Counted from the stretch's first letter, positions 1-10,007 are shown. The stretch: DNA of 64,000 nucleotides from an uncultured Chloroflexia bacterium (GCA_963748625.1 CAVVJT010000004.1:640001-704000); one strand, 5' to 3'. Notes: a model not told the origin generated them from the sequence alone. Translations and numbers: made by a program.

Positions 1-1963
1 GTCGCCCATCCTCGACGTAGAGCGACCAGCCGGCCATGTTGCCGCCCTGGCAGATGACCACGCCAGTCGCACCACCCTCCGGGATCACGACCTTGGCCCG
101 GAGGTCGAATGACGTGTTCTTGAGGCTTACGGACGCGAGCTCGGGCAGGCGGACGTGGTCGCGGTGCAGGGTGAAGCTCGTCTTCCCCTCGAGCAGGCTG
201 GGCCGGTTGTGCGGAAGCGCCCGAAGGGTCGTCTGGTCGCTGAGGGGATAGACGCCAAAGGTCCGTGCCTCGCGGTCGAAGATGCCCTTGAGCTCTTGGA
301 GCTTCTCGGGGAAGCGCGCGGCGACGTCGTGCGCCTCGCTGAAGTCGTCATCGACCCGGTAGAGCTCCCAGCGCTCGCCCTCCCCGAAGTCCAGCGCCTG
401 CGACCGCGTCCAGGGCAGACGGCCGTGGAAGCAGGCGGCCACCCATCCCTCGTGGTAGACCGCCCGGTTGCCCAGGATTTCGAAGTACTGCGTGGTCCGG
501 CGGCTCGGGATGGCGGCGTCCTCGAACGAGTAGCGCATGCTCACGCCCTGGATCGGCTGCTGCACGGTTCCGTTGACCACCGCCGGCTCCCCGATGCCGG
601 CGACATCGAGGATCGTGGGCACGAGATCGATCACGTGGTGGAACTGCGACCGGAGCTCGCCCCGGGCTGCCATGCCGGCGGGCCATGAGACGGCCATGCC
701 GTTGCGGGAGCCGCCGAAGTGCGAGGCGACCTGCTTCATCCACTGGAAGGGCGCGTCGAGCGCCCACGCCCAGGCGACGTTGAAGTGGTTCTCGCAGCGG
801 GCCGACCCGAAGTCCTCGATGTGCTCCAGGAGCCAGTCAGGGTCCTCTGGCTCCCCGTTCTGGAACGACGGCGAACTCCATGCCCCGTGGAGCGTCCCCT
901 CCCCCGACGCACCGTTGTCGCCCATGAGGTAGACGACCATGGTGTTGTCGGCCTGGCCCAGCTCATCGAGGCTGTCGAGGAGACGCATCACCTGGGCATC
1001 CGTGTGGGCGAGGAACCCCGCGTAGACCTCCATCAGGCGGCGCGCCACCGGCTTGTAGCGATCCGGGTACTCGTCCCATGACGGGATCTGCTCCGGGCGG
1101 GGCGTCAGCGCGGTGCCCGGCGGGATGACGCCACGCTCCAGCTGGCGGGCGTGGATCTCCTCGCGCAGCGCGTCCCAGCCGGCGTCGAACCGGCCCTTGA
1201 ACCGCTCGATCCACTCCGGCCACACGTGGTGCGGGGCGTGCGTCGCGCCGGGCGAGAAGTAGACGAAGAACGGCTTGTCGGGCGCGGCTGCCTTCTGGAG
1301 CCGCATCCACTCGATGGTCCTGTCCGCCAGGTCCTCGGTGAGATGGTAGTCGTCGCGGCCGACGTAGGGCTCGACCGGAGTTGTCTGGTCGTAGAGCGCC
1401 GGCTCCCACTGCGACGCCTCGCCGCCGAGAAAGCCGTAGAAGCGCTCGAACCCGAGGCCGGTGGGCCAGCGATCGAAGGGTCCCGCCGGACTCGTCTCCC
1501 ACATCGGCGTGACGTGCGCCTTGCCGAACATCGCCGTGCTGTACCCGTTGAGCCGGAGGATCTCGGCGACGGTCGCGGTGCTGCGCGGGATGATCCCGTC
1601 GTAGCCGGGGAAACCGTAGGCGATCTCTGAGATGCCGCCCATGTGGGCGCTATGGTGGTTGCGGCCGGTGAGCAGGGCGGCTCGTGTCGGCGAGCAGAGC
1701 GCCGTCGTGTGGAACCGGTTGTAGGTGAGGCCCCTGGCGGCCACACGGTCGAGTGCGGGCGTCGGGACCGGGCCGCCGAAGGTGCTTGCAGCCCCGAACC
1801 CGACGTCGTCGAACATCACGACGACGACATTCGGGGCACCCGATGGCGCGCGTTCGATCTCCGGGCGCGACGGCGTCGATCCGGTCGCCAGCTCGGCGAT
1901 GACCCCACCGAAGGGTCGCTCCGGGTGCGGGAGGGGTCGTGTGGAGCTCTCGGTGGCCGTCAT
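1..1963 (-). CDS. Arylsulfatase (Cys-type, formylglycine-dependent); 3' end runs off the window
   Basis: Manual minus-strand translation from ATG 1963 (GGAGGG RBS): MTATESSTRPLP...PNVVVVMFDDVGFG...FHTTALCSPTRAALLTGRNHH (CxPxR sulfatase motif)...FGKAH...GFERFYGF. Not in the ORF track because there is no stop inside the window. Confidence 0.92.
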   Translation of the reverse strand, partial: MTATESSTRPLPHPERPFGGVIAELATGSTPSRPEIERAPSGAPNVVVVMFDDVGFGAASTFGGPVPTPALDRVAARGLTYNRFHTTALCSPTRAALLTGRNHHSAHMGGISEIAYGFPGYDGIIPRSTATVAEILRLNGYSTAMFGKAHVTPMWETSPAGPFDRWPTGLGFERFYGFLGGEASQWEPALYDQTTPVEPYVGRDDYHLTEDLADRTIEWMRLQKAAAPDKPFFVYFSPGATHAPHHVWPEWIERFKGRFDAGWDALREEIHARQLERGVIPPGTALTPRPEQIPSWDEYPDRYKPVARRLMEVYAGFLAHTDAQVMRLLDSLDELGQADNTMVVYLMGDNGASGEGTLHGAWSSPSFQNGEPEDPDWLLEHIEDFGSARCENHFNVAWAWALDAPFQWMKQVASHFGGSRNGMAVSWPAGMAARGELRSQFHHVIDLVPTILDVAGIGEPAVVNGTVQQPIQGVSMRYSFEDAAIPSRRTTQYFEILGNRAVYHEGWVAACFHGRLPWTRSQALDFGEGERWELYRVDDDFSEAHDVAARFPEKLQELKGIFDREARTFGVYPLSDQTTLRALPHNRPSLLEGKTSFTLHRDHVRLPELASVSLKNTSFDLRAKVVIPEGGATGVVICQGGNMAGWSLYVEDGR

Positions 1964-2154
1964 GGTTCCCTCCGCGCACAGCGAGTTCCCAGCCGGCAGG
2001 CGCCCTCGGGTCACGCCCATTGTCGCCCATCGCACGCACGTCCCGGTCCCACGCAGGCGTGCCAGGTGCACGTCGCGCGCGCTGTACCCTACGCGCGAGG
2101 CCGGACCTGCGGCGCGCACGACCTCTCCAGTCACCGCCAGGTGATGCCGGATGG

Positions 2155-3768
2155 GTGCGCGGCCGGCCGAGAGTCCAAGCGTTGCGCAAGCCGCCCATCC
2201 CTTCAGTCATCGCGGAGCTGTTCGACGTGCCCGTCGCTCGCAACGGGCTGATCGCAGGAACGCTCGCGCTCGTGGCGGCCGCCCTCGATCCCAAGGTCTG
2301 GAGCGCATCCCTGCCCACGATCCAGGCCGTGATCCGGGAGCGCCCGAGCGTCGAGTCGCTTGTCCTCCTTGCGGCCATTGGGGGTGCTGCGCTTCTCCTC
2401 GTCGGCGGCGCCGTTGGGGACACGGTTCGCGCACGGCGGGTGATCGTAGGCGGGCTGGCCGTGGAGCTGGCTGCGGCGATTGTGAGCATGCTCGTTCCGT
2501 CGGGGCCGCTGTTCGTCGCATCAAGGTTCGTCGGCCACGGAGCGGCGGCGTTCGTCATCCCGGCATCACTGGCACTGGTCGCGCTGAGCTACAAGGGCAT
2601 CCCGCGCGCCACGGCGATCGGCCTCGCCTACGGTGCCTACAGCGGTGCAGCCGCCGTGGCCCCGATCCTCCTCCAGCTGGCGCCGGGGCTCCGGGCTCCG
2701 GCCTTCATCGCCGCCATCGTGGCGTGCTTCGTCGCGCTGTGGCTCGTTCGCTCGCGGATCCCGGACCTTCCGCGACCGACGCTGCCCGAACGGCCATACG
2801 TGGTCAGGACGGCCGTCTGGGCCTTCGGTGTCATCTCCCTCACCGTCGGCCTCACCTGGGTGGGCGCAGGCTGGGACAACCCGCTGCGCGTGGGCTTGGT
2901 GCTCAGTGGCATCGCCATCGTTGGCCTCGCCCTCCTGCGCGACCGCGCTCGATCCGGCTCCGGTCATCCGGGGGTCCGCATCGAGCGACGGCCGGTCGCG
3001 ATCGCCGTCGTCATCGGGGTGATCCTCGGGATCGCGCAGACGGCGCCGATGCTCGAGCTGCCGCGCTACTTCCAGCTCGTCCTCCGCTACAACCCGGTGC
3101 TCGCGGTCGTCGCGCTGGCACCGTTGTTCGGGGCGCTCGTCGTGGCGGGTCCTGCCGCGGGGTTCCTGCTGGCCCGCTGGTCACCTCGGCGGCTCGTCGG
3201 CGCGGGAGCGATCGTGGTGGGTGTCGGGAACCTGCTCCTGGCGCTCGTTGTCGCGACGGCGTCGGGCTACCTGCTGTTCATCGTCCCGTGCTTCCTGATC
3301 GGGGCCGGCTTCGTCGTGGCAACCACCGTGCGGACGGCCATCATCTTCGCCAGTGTCCCGCGCGGGCTGCCAGCCACGGCAGCAGCGCTGAACGAGGCTT
3401 CGATCTCGGTCGGCAACCGGATCGGCATCGTGATCGTCACGGCGATCGTCGCCGAGGTCGCGCTCGCATCCTATTCGAGCAGCGTGGTCGGGCTGCCGAC
3501 GGCCGAGGGCCAGCAGGCCATCGCGGCGTTCCGGGATGTCCTCGTCGCGGTCGGGACGCCGTCGTTCGTCGCAGCGTCGGATGCGGTCGCGTCCGTGGAT
3601 GCGTCGTCATACATGCAGGCGTACGCCTCGGGCGTGAGCGCCGCACTCGCCCTGAGCGGCATCGTGGTGGTCATCGGCGGCGCCGTCGCGTGGCTCGCCC
3701 TGGGCCACCGGGACCCCCTGGCGACCGTGTACGAGCATCGTGACGAGCGGGTCGTGACGGCGGGCTGA
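2155..3768 (+). CDS. MFS transporter (DHA2/EmrB-like)
   Basis: ORF 1939..3768: many hydrophobic helices and a motif A-like GAVGDTVRARR. Start at GTG 2155 is an estimate. Confidence 0.8.
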   Translation: MRGRPRVQALRKPPIPSVIAELFDVPVARNGLIAGTLALVAAALDPKVWSASLPTIQAVIRERPSVESLVLLAAIGGAALLLVGGAVGDTVRARRVIVGGLAVELAAAIVSMLVPSGPLFVASRFVGHGAAAFVIPASLALVALSYKGIPRATAIGLAYGAYSGAAAVAPILLQLAPGLRAPAFIAAIVACFVALWLVRSRIPDLPRPTLPERPYVVRTAVWAFGVISLTVGLTWVGAGWDNPLRVGLVLSGIAIVGLALLRDRARSGSGHPGVRIERRPVAIAVVIGVILGIAQTAPMLELPRYFQLVLRYNPVLAVVALAPLFGALVVAGPAAGFLLARWSPRRLVGAGAIVVGVGNLLLALVVATASGYLLFIVPCFLIGAGFVVATTVRTAIIFASVPRGLPATAAALNEASISVGNRIGIVIVTAIVAEVALASYSSSVVGLPTAEGQQAIAAFRDVLVAVGTPSFVAASDAVASVDASSYMQAYASGVSAALALSGIVVVIGGAVAWLALGHRDPLATVYEHRDERVVTAG

Positions 3769-3904
3769 CCAGGGCCTTCGATCGGCGGCGGGATACCGAT
3801 CCGGCGTGAGAAGCCGCGACACGCGCGCCCCGGACATGCAGCCGCGCCGGGGTCCTTGCGGAACCCGGCGCGGCTGAGAGGCTCGGGGATCGCTGCCCGT
3901 TGCG

Positions 3905-4603
3905 TTACGCGACGGCGGGGACCGTCGAGTGCTTGGTGACCTTGCTGGTCTCGGTCTCGGCGACCGGGCGAGCGGCCCAGACCACGCCCAGGCCGAGCAG
4001 GATGAGCGTTGCGCCGAGGGCCGCGGCGATGGCCGCGATCCCGAGGCCGACCTGGAGGGTCGAGGCGGTGACGCTGCCGACACCGAGCTCGGCGATGAGC
4101 GCATGGGCCGTGCCGGTCCAGGCCTGCTCGCGCACCTTGGCGTCGAGCGGGTTGGTGCGGTCGAACCCGCTCCAGTAGCGGCCGGCCACCGGGACCTCGT
4201 AGGAGCCTGCCGCGAAGACCTCGCCGGCATCCGTCGTGACGGTTTCGTCAAGGACGACCGTCTGCGTGCCGTTGAGGGTGTGGTAGGCGATCGTCGCCAT
4301 CTGGAACATGTACTCGGACGCGGTGTTCACGACAGGGTCGTTGGGGTTGAGCTCGGCGGTGTTGACCGCGTAGCCCCAGTCGTTGGCGAGGAGGCCCATG
4401 ATCGCGGCCGCGCCCTCGGGCTCGCCGCGGTCCGTGAGCTGGCCCTGGTCGTTGTACGTGAGCTTGACGTTCTGAGCGGCGCTGAAGGCGGCGAGGGCGG
4501 TGGCGCCCTCCTGGGTCTTGACGTAGGTGTAGCCGCCGACGCCCGCAAAGACGAGACCGGCGAGGACGAGGCCGATGCCGACGACCTTGAAGCGGGAATA
4601 CAT
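3905..4603 (-). CDS. Hypothetical membrane protein (N- and C-terminal TM helices around a soluble domain)
   Basis: MYSRFKVVGIGLVLAGLVFAGVGGY... with GGAAGG RBS; coding-like codon bias. Confidence 0.7.
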   Translation of the reverse strand: MYSRFKVVGIGLVLAGLVFAGVGGYTYVKTQEGATALAAFSAAQNVKLTYNDQGQLTDRGEPEGAAAIMGLLANDWGYAVNTAELNPNDPVVNTASEYMFQMATIAYHTLNGTQTVVLDETVTTDAGEVFAAGSYEVPVAGRYWSGFDRTNPLDAKVREQAWTGTAHALIAELGVGSVTASTLQVGLGIAAIAAALGATLILLGLGVVWAARPVAETETSKVTKHSTVPAVA

Positions 4604-4864
4604 GGGACGCTGATCCTTCCTGGAGAACCCATCCGCTTGGGGACGCGGGGGGCGGGACGACTGGACTGGGTGCTCTGGATGCTCCGGACGCACCCGGTGA
4701 GGCCGCGGACCTCGGGGTGCGTTCGATGTCGTCATGGTGCGCCGCGTCGTGGGTCTGCCACCGCGGCCGACCGGCCCGGATGGACGGGCCGTTCTGGCGA
4801 TGTTGGGGTTCCAACGGCATGGTTATGACGGGCCGGGTGGCCCCCAGCGAATCACGGAGCCCCG

Positions 4865-4911
4865 TTGACGCGCCCTCTGTCGCAGCGTTACTCTGACCTC
4901 GCAACAGGAGG
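4865..4911 (+). promoter_or_regulatory. Putative sigma70 promoter and RBS of the TA operon
   Basis: TTGACG (4865-4870), 18 nt spacer, TACTCT (4889-4894); AGGAGG 4906-4911 ahead of ATG 4920. Confidence 0.55.
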
Positions 4912-4919
4912 CCAGTGGA

Positions 4920-5552
4920 ATGACAGCCCAGCGAGCACCCGACCGTCGCCGCACGCGCGCGGAAGAGGCTGCCGTCGCGCGGTTCGTGGGTGCGCTCGGC
5001 GTGGCGATGGACGTGGAGGTGTTCGAGCGGACCTTCCATGCCATCTACCGCGCCACGGAGGCCAGCCCGGACCCTGCCGATGCGGCGGCCGAGTTCGCTG
5101 CTGCGGAGCGCGACGTGCTGCTGCACATGGGCGCGAACTTCGCTCCGCTCCCCTCTGACGTCCCCGATCCGGTCGAGCTGACACGCGTCGCCTACGCGGC
5201 CCTCGTCCTGGACAGCCTGACGCCGGAGCAGGTGGCGGCGAACCTCGGGCGCACGGTCTCGCGCATCCACCAGCGCACCCGTGAGCGCTCGTTGTGGTCC
5301 ATCCCCACCGACACCGGTGCGCGGTGCCCACGCGTCCAGTTCGAGGAGGACGGGGGCGAGATCGACGGCATGGGCCTGGTGCTCCGCGCCCTGCCACCGG
5401 ACCTGCACCCGATCGCCGAGCTGCGCTGGCTGACGCTGCCGAAGACGGACCTGCGTCTCGACGGCACGCCCGTGTCGCCGCGCGACTGGCTGCGTGCCGG
5501 CGGCCAGGCCGAGGAAGCGATCGCGCTCGCCGAAGACCTGCACGTCGGCTAG
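4920..5552 (+). CDS. Putative antitoxin (HTH plus Xre/MbcA/ParS-like C-terminus)
   Basis: HTH-like LTPEQVAANLGRTVSRIHQR; C-terminal WLTLPKTDL..DGTPVSPRDWL resembles MbcA/ParS; lies 2 nt upstream of a RES gene. Confidence 0.7.
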   Translation: MTAQRAPDRRRTRAEEAAVARFVGALGVAMDVEVFERTFHAIYRATEASPDPADAAAEFAAAERDVLLHMGANFAPLPSDVPDPVELTRVAYAALVLDSLTPEQVAANLGRTVSRIHQRTRERSLWSIPTDTGARCPRVQFEEDGGEIDGMGLVLRALPPDLHPIAELRWLTLPKTDLRLDGTPVSPRDWLRAGGQAEEAIALAEDLHVG

Positions 5553-5554
5553 GC

Positions 5555-6286
5555 GTGGCCCGCCTGCCCCGGTCGCCGCACGAGCGCCCCCTCCTCGCCC
5601 CGGACCCGGCGCTCGGCGAGATCACCGTCCTGCCCGCCGGGACGATCCTCACCCGCATCTACTTCTCGGGCGGGGCCCATCCGGGCGACTGGAACACGTT
5701 CCGGACGTGGGGGCCGACCTCCGCACGCTTCGACCACCAGGTTCCGCCACCGCACGAGCAGCCCGATCGCGGGATCCTGTACGCCGGGTCCGACATCACG
5801 ACCGCCTGCGGCGAGGTCTTCCAGGACAGCGGCTTCATCGACGTCACGAGCGGTGACCCCTATCTCGTCGGGTTCCACCTGCGCCGGGATGTGCGGCTGC
5901 TCTCGCTGCGCTCGAACTGGCCGACGCGAGCAGGCGCGAGCCAGGCCCTCGCATCGGGCATCCACGCCAGCGGACGGGGATGGAGCATCGCGATCTGGGA
6001 GGACCTCACGGACATCGAGGGGATCGAGTTCGACTCGGCGATGAACCGGGGAGGCATCAACTACGCCCTGTACGAGCGCGCGCAGGACGCGCTGGAGTCC
6101 TCGCCCGCGAGCAACAACCCGCTCGTGCACCGCGGTCTTCGGGACCCGCTCCGCAACGCCGCCGTCGCACTCAACTACGGGCTCGGCTTCCCGGCGGTTC
6201 CGGGAGCGGGTGGCGTCAGCATCCTTCGCGTGGCGCGGGCGGCCTCGGGCGCAGCGTCCCGCCCTCGGCCGCGCCGCGTCCGCTAG
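5555..6286 (+). CDS. RES-domain toxin (NAD+ phosphorylase / ART-like)
   Basis: GTG 5555 in frame of ORF 5294..6286; R (TRIY), RFDH, LYAG, E (ACGEVF), S (GIEFDSAM) and ALYER fit the RES family. Confidence 0.85.
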   Translation: MARLPRSPHERPLLAPDPALGEITVLPAGTILTRIYFSGGAHPGDWNTFRTWGPTSARFDHQVPPPHEQPDRGILYAGSDITTACGEVFQDSGFIDVTSGDPYLVGFHLRRDVRLLSLRSNWPTRAGASQALASGIHASGRGWSIAIWEDLTDIEGIEFDSAMNRGGINYALYERAQDALESSPASNNPLVHRGLRDPLRNAAVALNYGLGFPAVPGAGGVSILRVARAASGAASRPRPRRVR

Positions 6287-6355
6287 GCGCCCGCCTGCCC
6301 GTCTCCCGCACCCCGGCCCCGCTTCCCGTCTCCGGTCCTGACTCCCGCTTCTGGT

Positions 6356-6460
6356 CCACGTGGGGGGCGTTTCGGCTCGTTGTGAGCGTGCCGTGCGTGC
6401 GGAAGTCGACCTTTGGGCCCCAGTGCGTGCGTGAGCCATCCGGATTCGCCCCCCACGTGG
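6356..6460. repeat. 14-bp perfect inverted repeat enclosing 77 nt (MITE/REP-like)
   Basis: CCACGTGGGGGGCG at 6356-6369 and CGCCCCCCACGTGG at 6447-6460. Confidence 0.6.
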
Positions 6461-6568
6461 GGCGCCATGCGGGTCCCTGTGAGAAGCACTGGCGCCGCGC
6501 CGCGAGGCCGACGTACTCGCCGCGCCGCCGTCGACTCACCGGGTGCCCGTCAGCTCGCCGGGTGCCCG

Positions 6569-7489
6569 TCAGCTCGCGAGATCGGCCAGCCACTCGTCGA
6601 TGACAGCCCGGAAGCGGCCCGGCGCTTCGTACTGCGGCAGATGCCCGATGCCATCCAGCTCCACGAGGCGCGCGCCGGGGATGGCCGCGGCAAGCGCCCG
6701 GTTCCAAACAGGCCCGCAGATCCAGTCGTGCTCTCCAGCGATGACCAGTGTCGGACAGCGGACCTCGGCCAGCAGCGGCCGCCAGTCGATCTCCTCGCGC
6801 CACCCTGACCATGCCTCAGCGATCGGGAGATGCCACCGCTGCTCGCGCCCGACGCGGTCGATGTGCGCCTGCGCTACCGGATGGTCCGGCTCGGCGAAGT
6901 AGAACGGCAGGTGGCGCCAGAACCCGTCGGCCATCGCCTGCTCGGTGGCGGGCGTGGCGGTGAGGGCCTCGCACCAGGACTGCCACGCATCGTCGAACCA
7001 GGGCCGATCCCGGAGACGGTCGAGGGCGGTATCCCGCTCGGCCTCCCAGGTCGCCTTCGGGACGGACCCGCCACCGGCATAGCCGGACACGACGATCAGG
7101 CGCGCCACGGCATCCGGATACAGCGCGGCCCACGCGGGCGCCACGAGCCCTCCCCACGAGTTGCCCATCAAGGTCACGCGCCCCAAGCCGATCCTCTGCC
7201 GCCACGCCTCGAAGAACTCGACGACACACTCCAGGCCGTAGCCGGTCGGGCCGGTGGGAGCCGACGAGCGCCCGGAACCCGGCGCGTTGACGAGGTGGCA
7301 GGTGAACCGGTCGAGCACCGGTGCGACATCCGCCCTCGCGAGGTGCGCGGGAAGGCCGGGGCCGCCCTCCACCCAGACCAGCGGGTCACCCGACCCGATC
7401 GCCTCCCACTCGACCGTCCGCCCGTCAGCGAGGGTCGCCACGCTGGCGAGCTCGATGTCAGGGAGCGGTGCGTGCCGGCGCGTGTCCAC
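6569..7489 (-). CDS. Alpha/beta hydrolase (proline iminopeptidase-like)
   Basis: VEGGPG oxyanion loop, GNSWGG nucleophile elbow, GEHD acid, GHLP His; GTG start with GGAGG RBS. Confidence 0.85.
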   Translation of the reverse strand: MDTRRHAPLPDIELASVATLADGRTVEWEAIGSGDPLVWVEGGPGLPAHLARADVAPVLDRFTCHLVNAPGSGRSSAPTGPTGYGLECVVEFFEAWRQRIGLGRVTLMGNSWGGLVAPAWAALYPDAVARLIVVSGYAGGGSVPKATWEAERDTALDRLRDRPWFDDAWQSWCEALTATPATEQAMADGFWRHLPFYFAEPDHPVAQAHIDRVGREQRWHLPIAEAWSGWREEIDWRPLLAEVRCPTLVIAGEHDWICGPVWNRALAAAIPGARLVELDGIGHLPQYEAPGRFRAVIDEWLADLAS

Positions 7490-7787
7490 GGCCTGCCTCC
7501 CGCGAGGCCCAGGTCGTGACGAGGACCATCGCACTCCTTCCGACCGCTGGTGCGACCGGCGCCCGAACCCTAGGCACGCGAGCCGGCCTGTCGCCAGTGG
7601 CGTCCCGCATGCGGTTCCTGGTCCAACGGCTCATCAGCCGATCGCCGTCCGGACCGGGTCGGTGACTCCTCGACTGCGGGGGCGAGAGCGTGGACCACCA
7701 TCCTCGTGTCCCGATCCACTGTTCGCCCGCGGGTTGCGGACGGCCTGCCGGAACGTCCTCGCTGCCCCGTCGGGGGCCGGCCTCGTC

Positions 7788-8804
7788 TCAGGCGGCGACC
7801 ACTGCCACCAGCAGGCCGCCGAGCCGTGCCTCACTGCGCACCACCGTGAAACCGGCGGCCCGCAGCGACGCGAGGACATCGTGGTCGAGCCGGCAGCCCC
7901 CGCTCGCCCTTGCCCACGCGGGCGCCAGGCGGTCCTGGAGCGCAGCGACGGCAGCCGGTCGCGCCCGGGCATGCTCCAGCAGCCGGACGGTGCCCCCGGG
8001 GCGGAGCACGCGACGGACCTCGCGCAGGGTGCCGGCCACGTCGCCGACGGAGCACAACGTGAAGGTGGCGACGACGTGGTCGAAGGAGTCGTCGGCGAAG
8101 GGGAGGTCGGCGGCATCGCCCTCGACCAGCTCGATCTCCAGGCCGTGGCGGAGTGCCCGCTCCGCAGCGAGCGACATGGCCGACGGACTGATGTCGAGGC
8201 CGTGCAGGCGGGCATCCGCCGGGTACGCGAGCAGGTTGACGCCGGTGCCCACACCGATCTCGAGCACGTCGCCGGTCGCCTCCCGGGCAAGCCGATGCCG
8301 GTGATGGCGCAGGCCAAGGCGGTCCCCGGTCCGCATCAGCCCGTCGAGGAAGCGGGCAGCGCCCGGATCCGCCACCTGGAGCGCCGGATCAAGCGGTGGA
8401 TGCTGGCGTGCCCACCTGTTGCCGCCGAGGTTGGCGAGCTCCATGAACATCGCCGCAGCGACCAGCTCACGCCGATGACGCGTCCGGAACCCGCGCGGCG
8501 GGTCTGCCGTGGGGCCATCGACGGCCAGGCGCTCGCCGAACGCCCAGGCCTCGGCCTCGGCCGGCGACATGGCATCGACCCGCAGGCCGACGGCTCCCGC
8601 CCAGCGATCATGGACGGCCTCGCAGGCCTCGCAGCGGTTGACGGATGTCACGCCCAGCATCGCCGCCTCACGCACGGACGGCGCCACACGGCCGGGCAGC
8701 AGGAACGCCGTGAGCAGGTCGGGGAAGCGGCGCCCGAGCGGCGGCAGCCAGCGGCGCAGGGCCGCGGTGGTGAGGACAGGGCGGACAGGAGGAAGGAGGT
8801 GCAT
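7788..8804 (-). CDS. Fusion: AhpD/CMD-like CxxC domain plus class I SAM-dependent methyltransferase
   Basis: N-terminal VREAAMLGVTSVNRCEACEAVH; C-terminal VLEIGVGTG, GLDIS, GDAADLPFADDSFDHV, RVLRPGG. Confidence 0.8.
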   Translation of the reverse strand: MHLLPPVRPVLTTAALRRWLPPLGRRFPDLLTAFLLPGRVAPSVREAAMLGVTSVNRCEACEAVHDRWAGAVGLRVDAMSPAEAEAWAFGERLAVDGPTADPPRGFRTRHRRELVAAAMFMELANLGGNRWARQHPPLDPALQVADPGAARFLDGLMRTGDRLGLRHHRHRLAREATGDVLEIGVGTGVNLLAYPADARLHGLDISPSAMSLAAERALRHGLEIELVEGDAADLPFADDSFDHVVATFTLCSVGDVAGTLREVRRVLRPGGTVRLLEHARARPAAVAALQDRLAPAWARASGGCRLDHDVLASLRAAGFTVVRSEARLGGLLVAVVAA

Positions 8805-8848
8805 GCGCTGGCGACCAGTCTGTGACGTTCTGAGGATGCGAGGCTACC

Positions 8849-9481
8849 TCAGCGGCCGGAGTTCCAGGCGACGCCGTCCTCGGTGATGACGATGTCCAGG
8901 GGCACGTCGTGTGCCTCTGGGGCAAGTCCCGCCACGAAGGTCTTCGCGAAGGCGACCCCAACTGTCACGGGCCTCGGACCCGGTGCCGCGAGCGTCCTGT
9001 CGAAGAAGCCACCCCCATAGCCGAGGCGCACCCCGCCAGGCCCGAAGCCGACGCAGGGAACCAGCATCACCTGCGCCTCCACGACCGGCGTGCCGTCGGG
9101 CGTCGGAATGCCATAGGCGTCGTCGCGCATCCGGACGCCGGGGTGCCATCCCCGGTAGACCAGCTGCGAGGTGGCCGGATCGATCACGGGCAACCCGACG
9201 ACGCGTCCGGGGCCGGCAACCAGCCACCTCCCCAGGAGCGGCAACAGGTCCGGCTCACCGCGGATGGCCCAGTACGCGCCAAGGGCGGTCTCCTGGCGTC
9301 GGTCCAGCCACGTGCCAACCTCCTCCTGGAGGCGGCGGACCCGGGCGTCACGGTCCGGCATCGCCGACCGCTCGGCAATCAGCCGCCGGCGCAGCGCGAC
9401 CTTGCCCAGGGCCACGACAGGGATGGCGTCTGGAATGGTGTCCGGGTCCGCAGGCAGCGGCGTGCTGGAGGGATCATCCAT
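8849..9481 (-). CDS. 5-formyltetrahydrofolate cyclo-ligase
   Basis: K..LRR, YWAIRGEPD, YGIPTP, LVPCVGF..GVRLGYGGGFFDRTL, HDVPLDIVITE. Confidence 0.93.
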   Translation of the reverse strand: MDDPSSTPLPADPDTIPDAIPVVALGKVALRRRLIAERSAMPDRDARVRRLQEEVGTWLDRRQETALGAYWAIRGEPDLLPLLGRWLVAGPGRVVGLPVIDPATSQLVYRGWHPGVRMRDDAYGIPTPDGTPVVEAQVMLVPCVGFGPGGVRLGYGGGFFDRTLAAPGPRPVTVGVAFAKTFVAGLAPEAHDVPLDIVITEDGVAWNSGR

Positions 9482-9520
9482 GGCACGGATTGTCCCGCCT
9501 CGCGGGGTGGCGCGCTCGCC

Positions 9521-9564
9521 GCCCGGGTGCACGTCGCCCGGGCGCACGTCGCCCGGTGCACGTC
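9521..9564. repeat. Intergenic tandem repeat, 3 x ~15 bp
   Basis: GCCCGGGTGCACGTC / GCCCGGGCGCACGTC / GCCCGGTGCACGTC. Confidence 0.7.
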
Positions 9565-9675
9565 GCTCTGACGCCTGCCCCGATTCCGCGTATACGAGGC
9601 GGACGTCACGCGCTACCCTGCGCTTCGGGAAGCGTGACGCGGATCACCACCGCTGAGGAGAAGGGACACCAGGCC

Positions 9676-9960
9676 ATGTGCTGCATCTTCACCGTCTTCG
9701 CGCTGCTCGGGCCGCGCGCAGCAGCCGTCATCTGGTGGCTCCTGGAGCCCGCCCGCTGGAACCTCGCGTTCAATGGCCTCCTTGTGCCGCTCCTGGGCCT
9801 CATCTTCCTGCCGCTGACCACGATCATGTACGTGATCGTCTTCCCTGGCGGCGTTGACGGGTTCGACATCGTGTGGCTGGCGATCGCGTTCGGGCTTGAC
9901 CTGTTCACGATGCTCGGCGGCGGCTACAGGAACCGGCGGACCCTCTCCGGCTCGTACTGA
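9676..9960 (+). CDS. Small hypothetical membrane protein (94 aa)
   Basis: MCCIFTVFALLGPRAAAVIWW...LGLIFLPLTTIMY; about 3 TM helices; GAGGAGAAGGG RBS. Confidence 0.75.
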   Translation: MCCIFTVFALLGPRAAAVIWWLLEPARWNLAFNGLLVPLLGLIFLPLTTIMYVIVFPGGVDGFDIVWLAIAFGLDLFTMLGGGYRNRRTLSGSY

Positions 9961-10007
9961 GCAACAGGGTCGGGCGACGGCCGGGGCACCGGGACACCGG
10001 GGGGCAA

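Noticed and set aside
9482-9675. 6S RNA upstream of 5-formyl-THF cyclo-ligase
   Set aside because: The linkage is common elsewhere, but this region holds only a short tandem repeat and no recognisable long rod structure.
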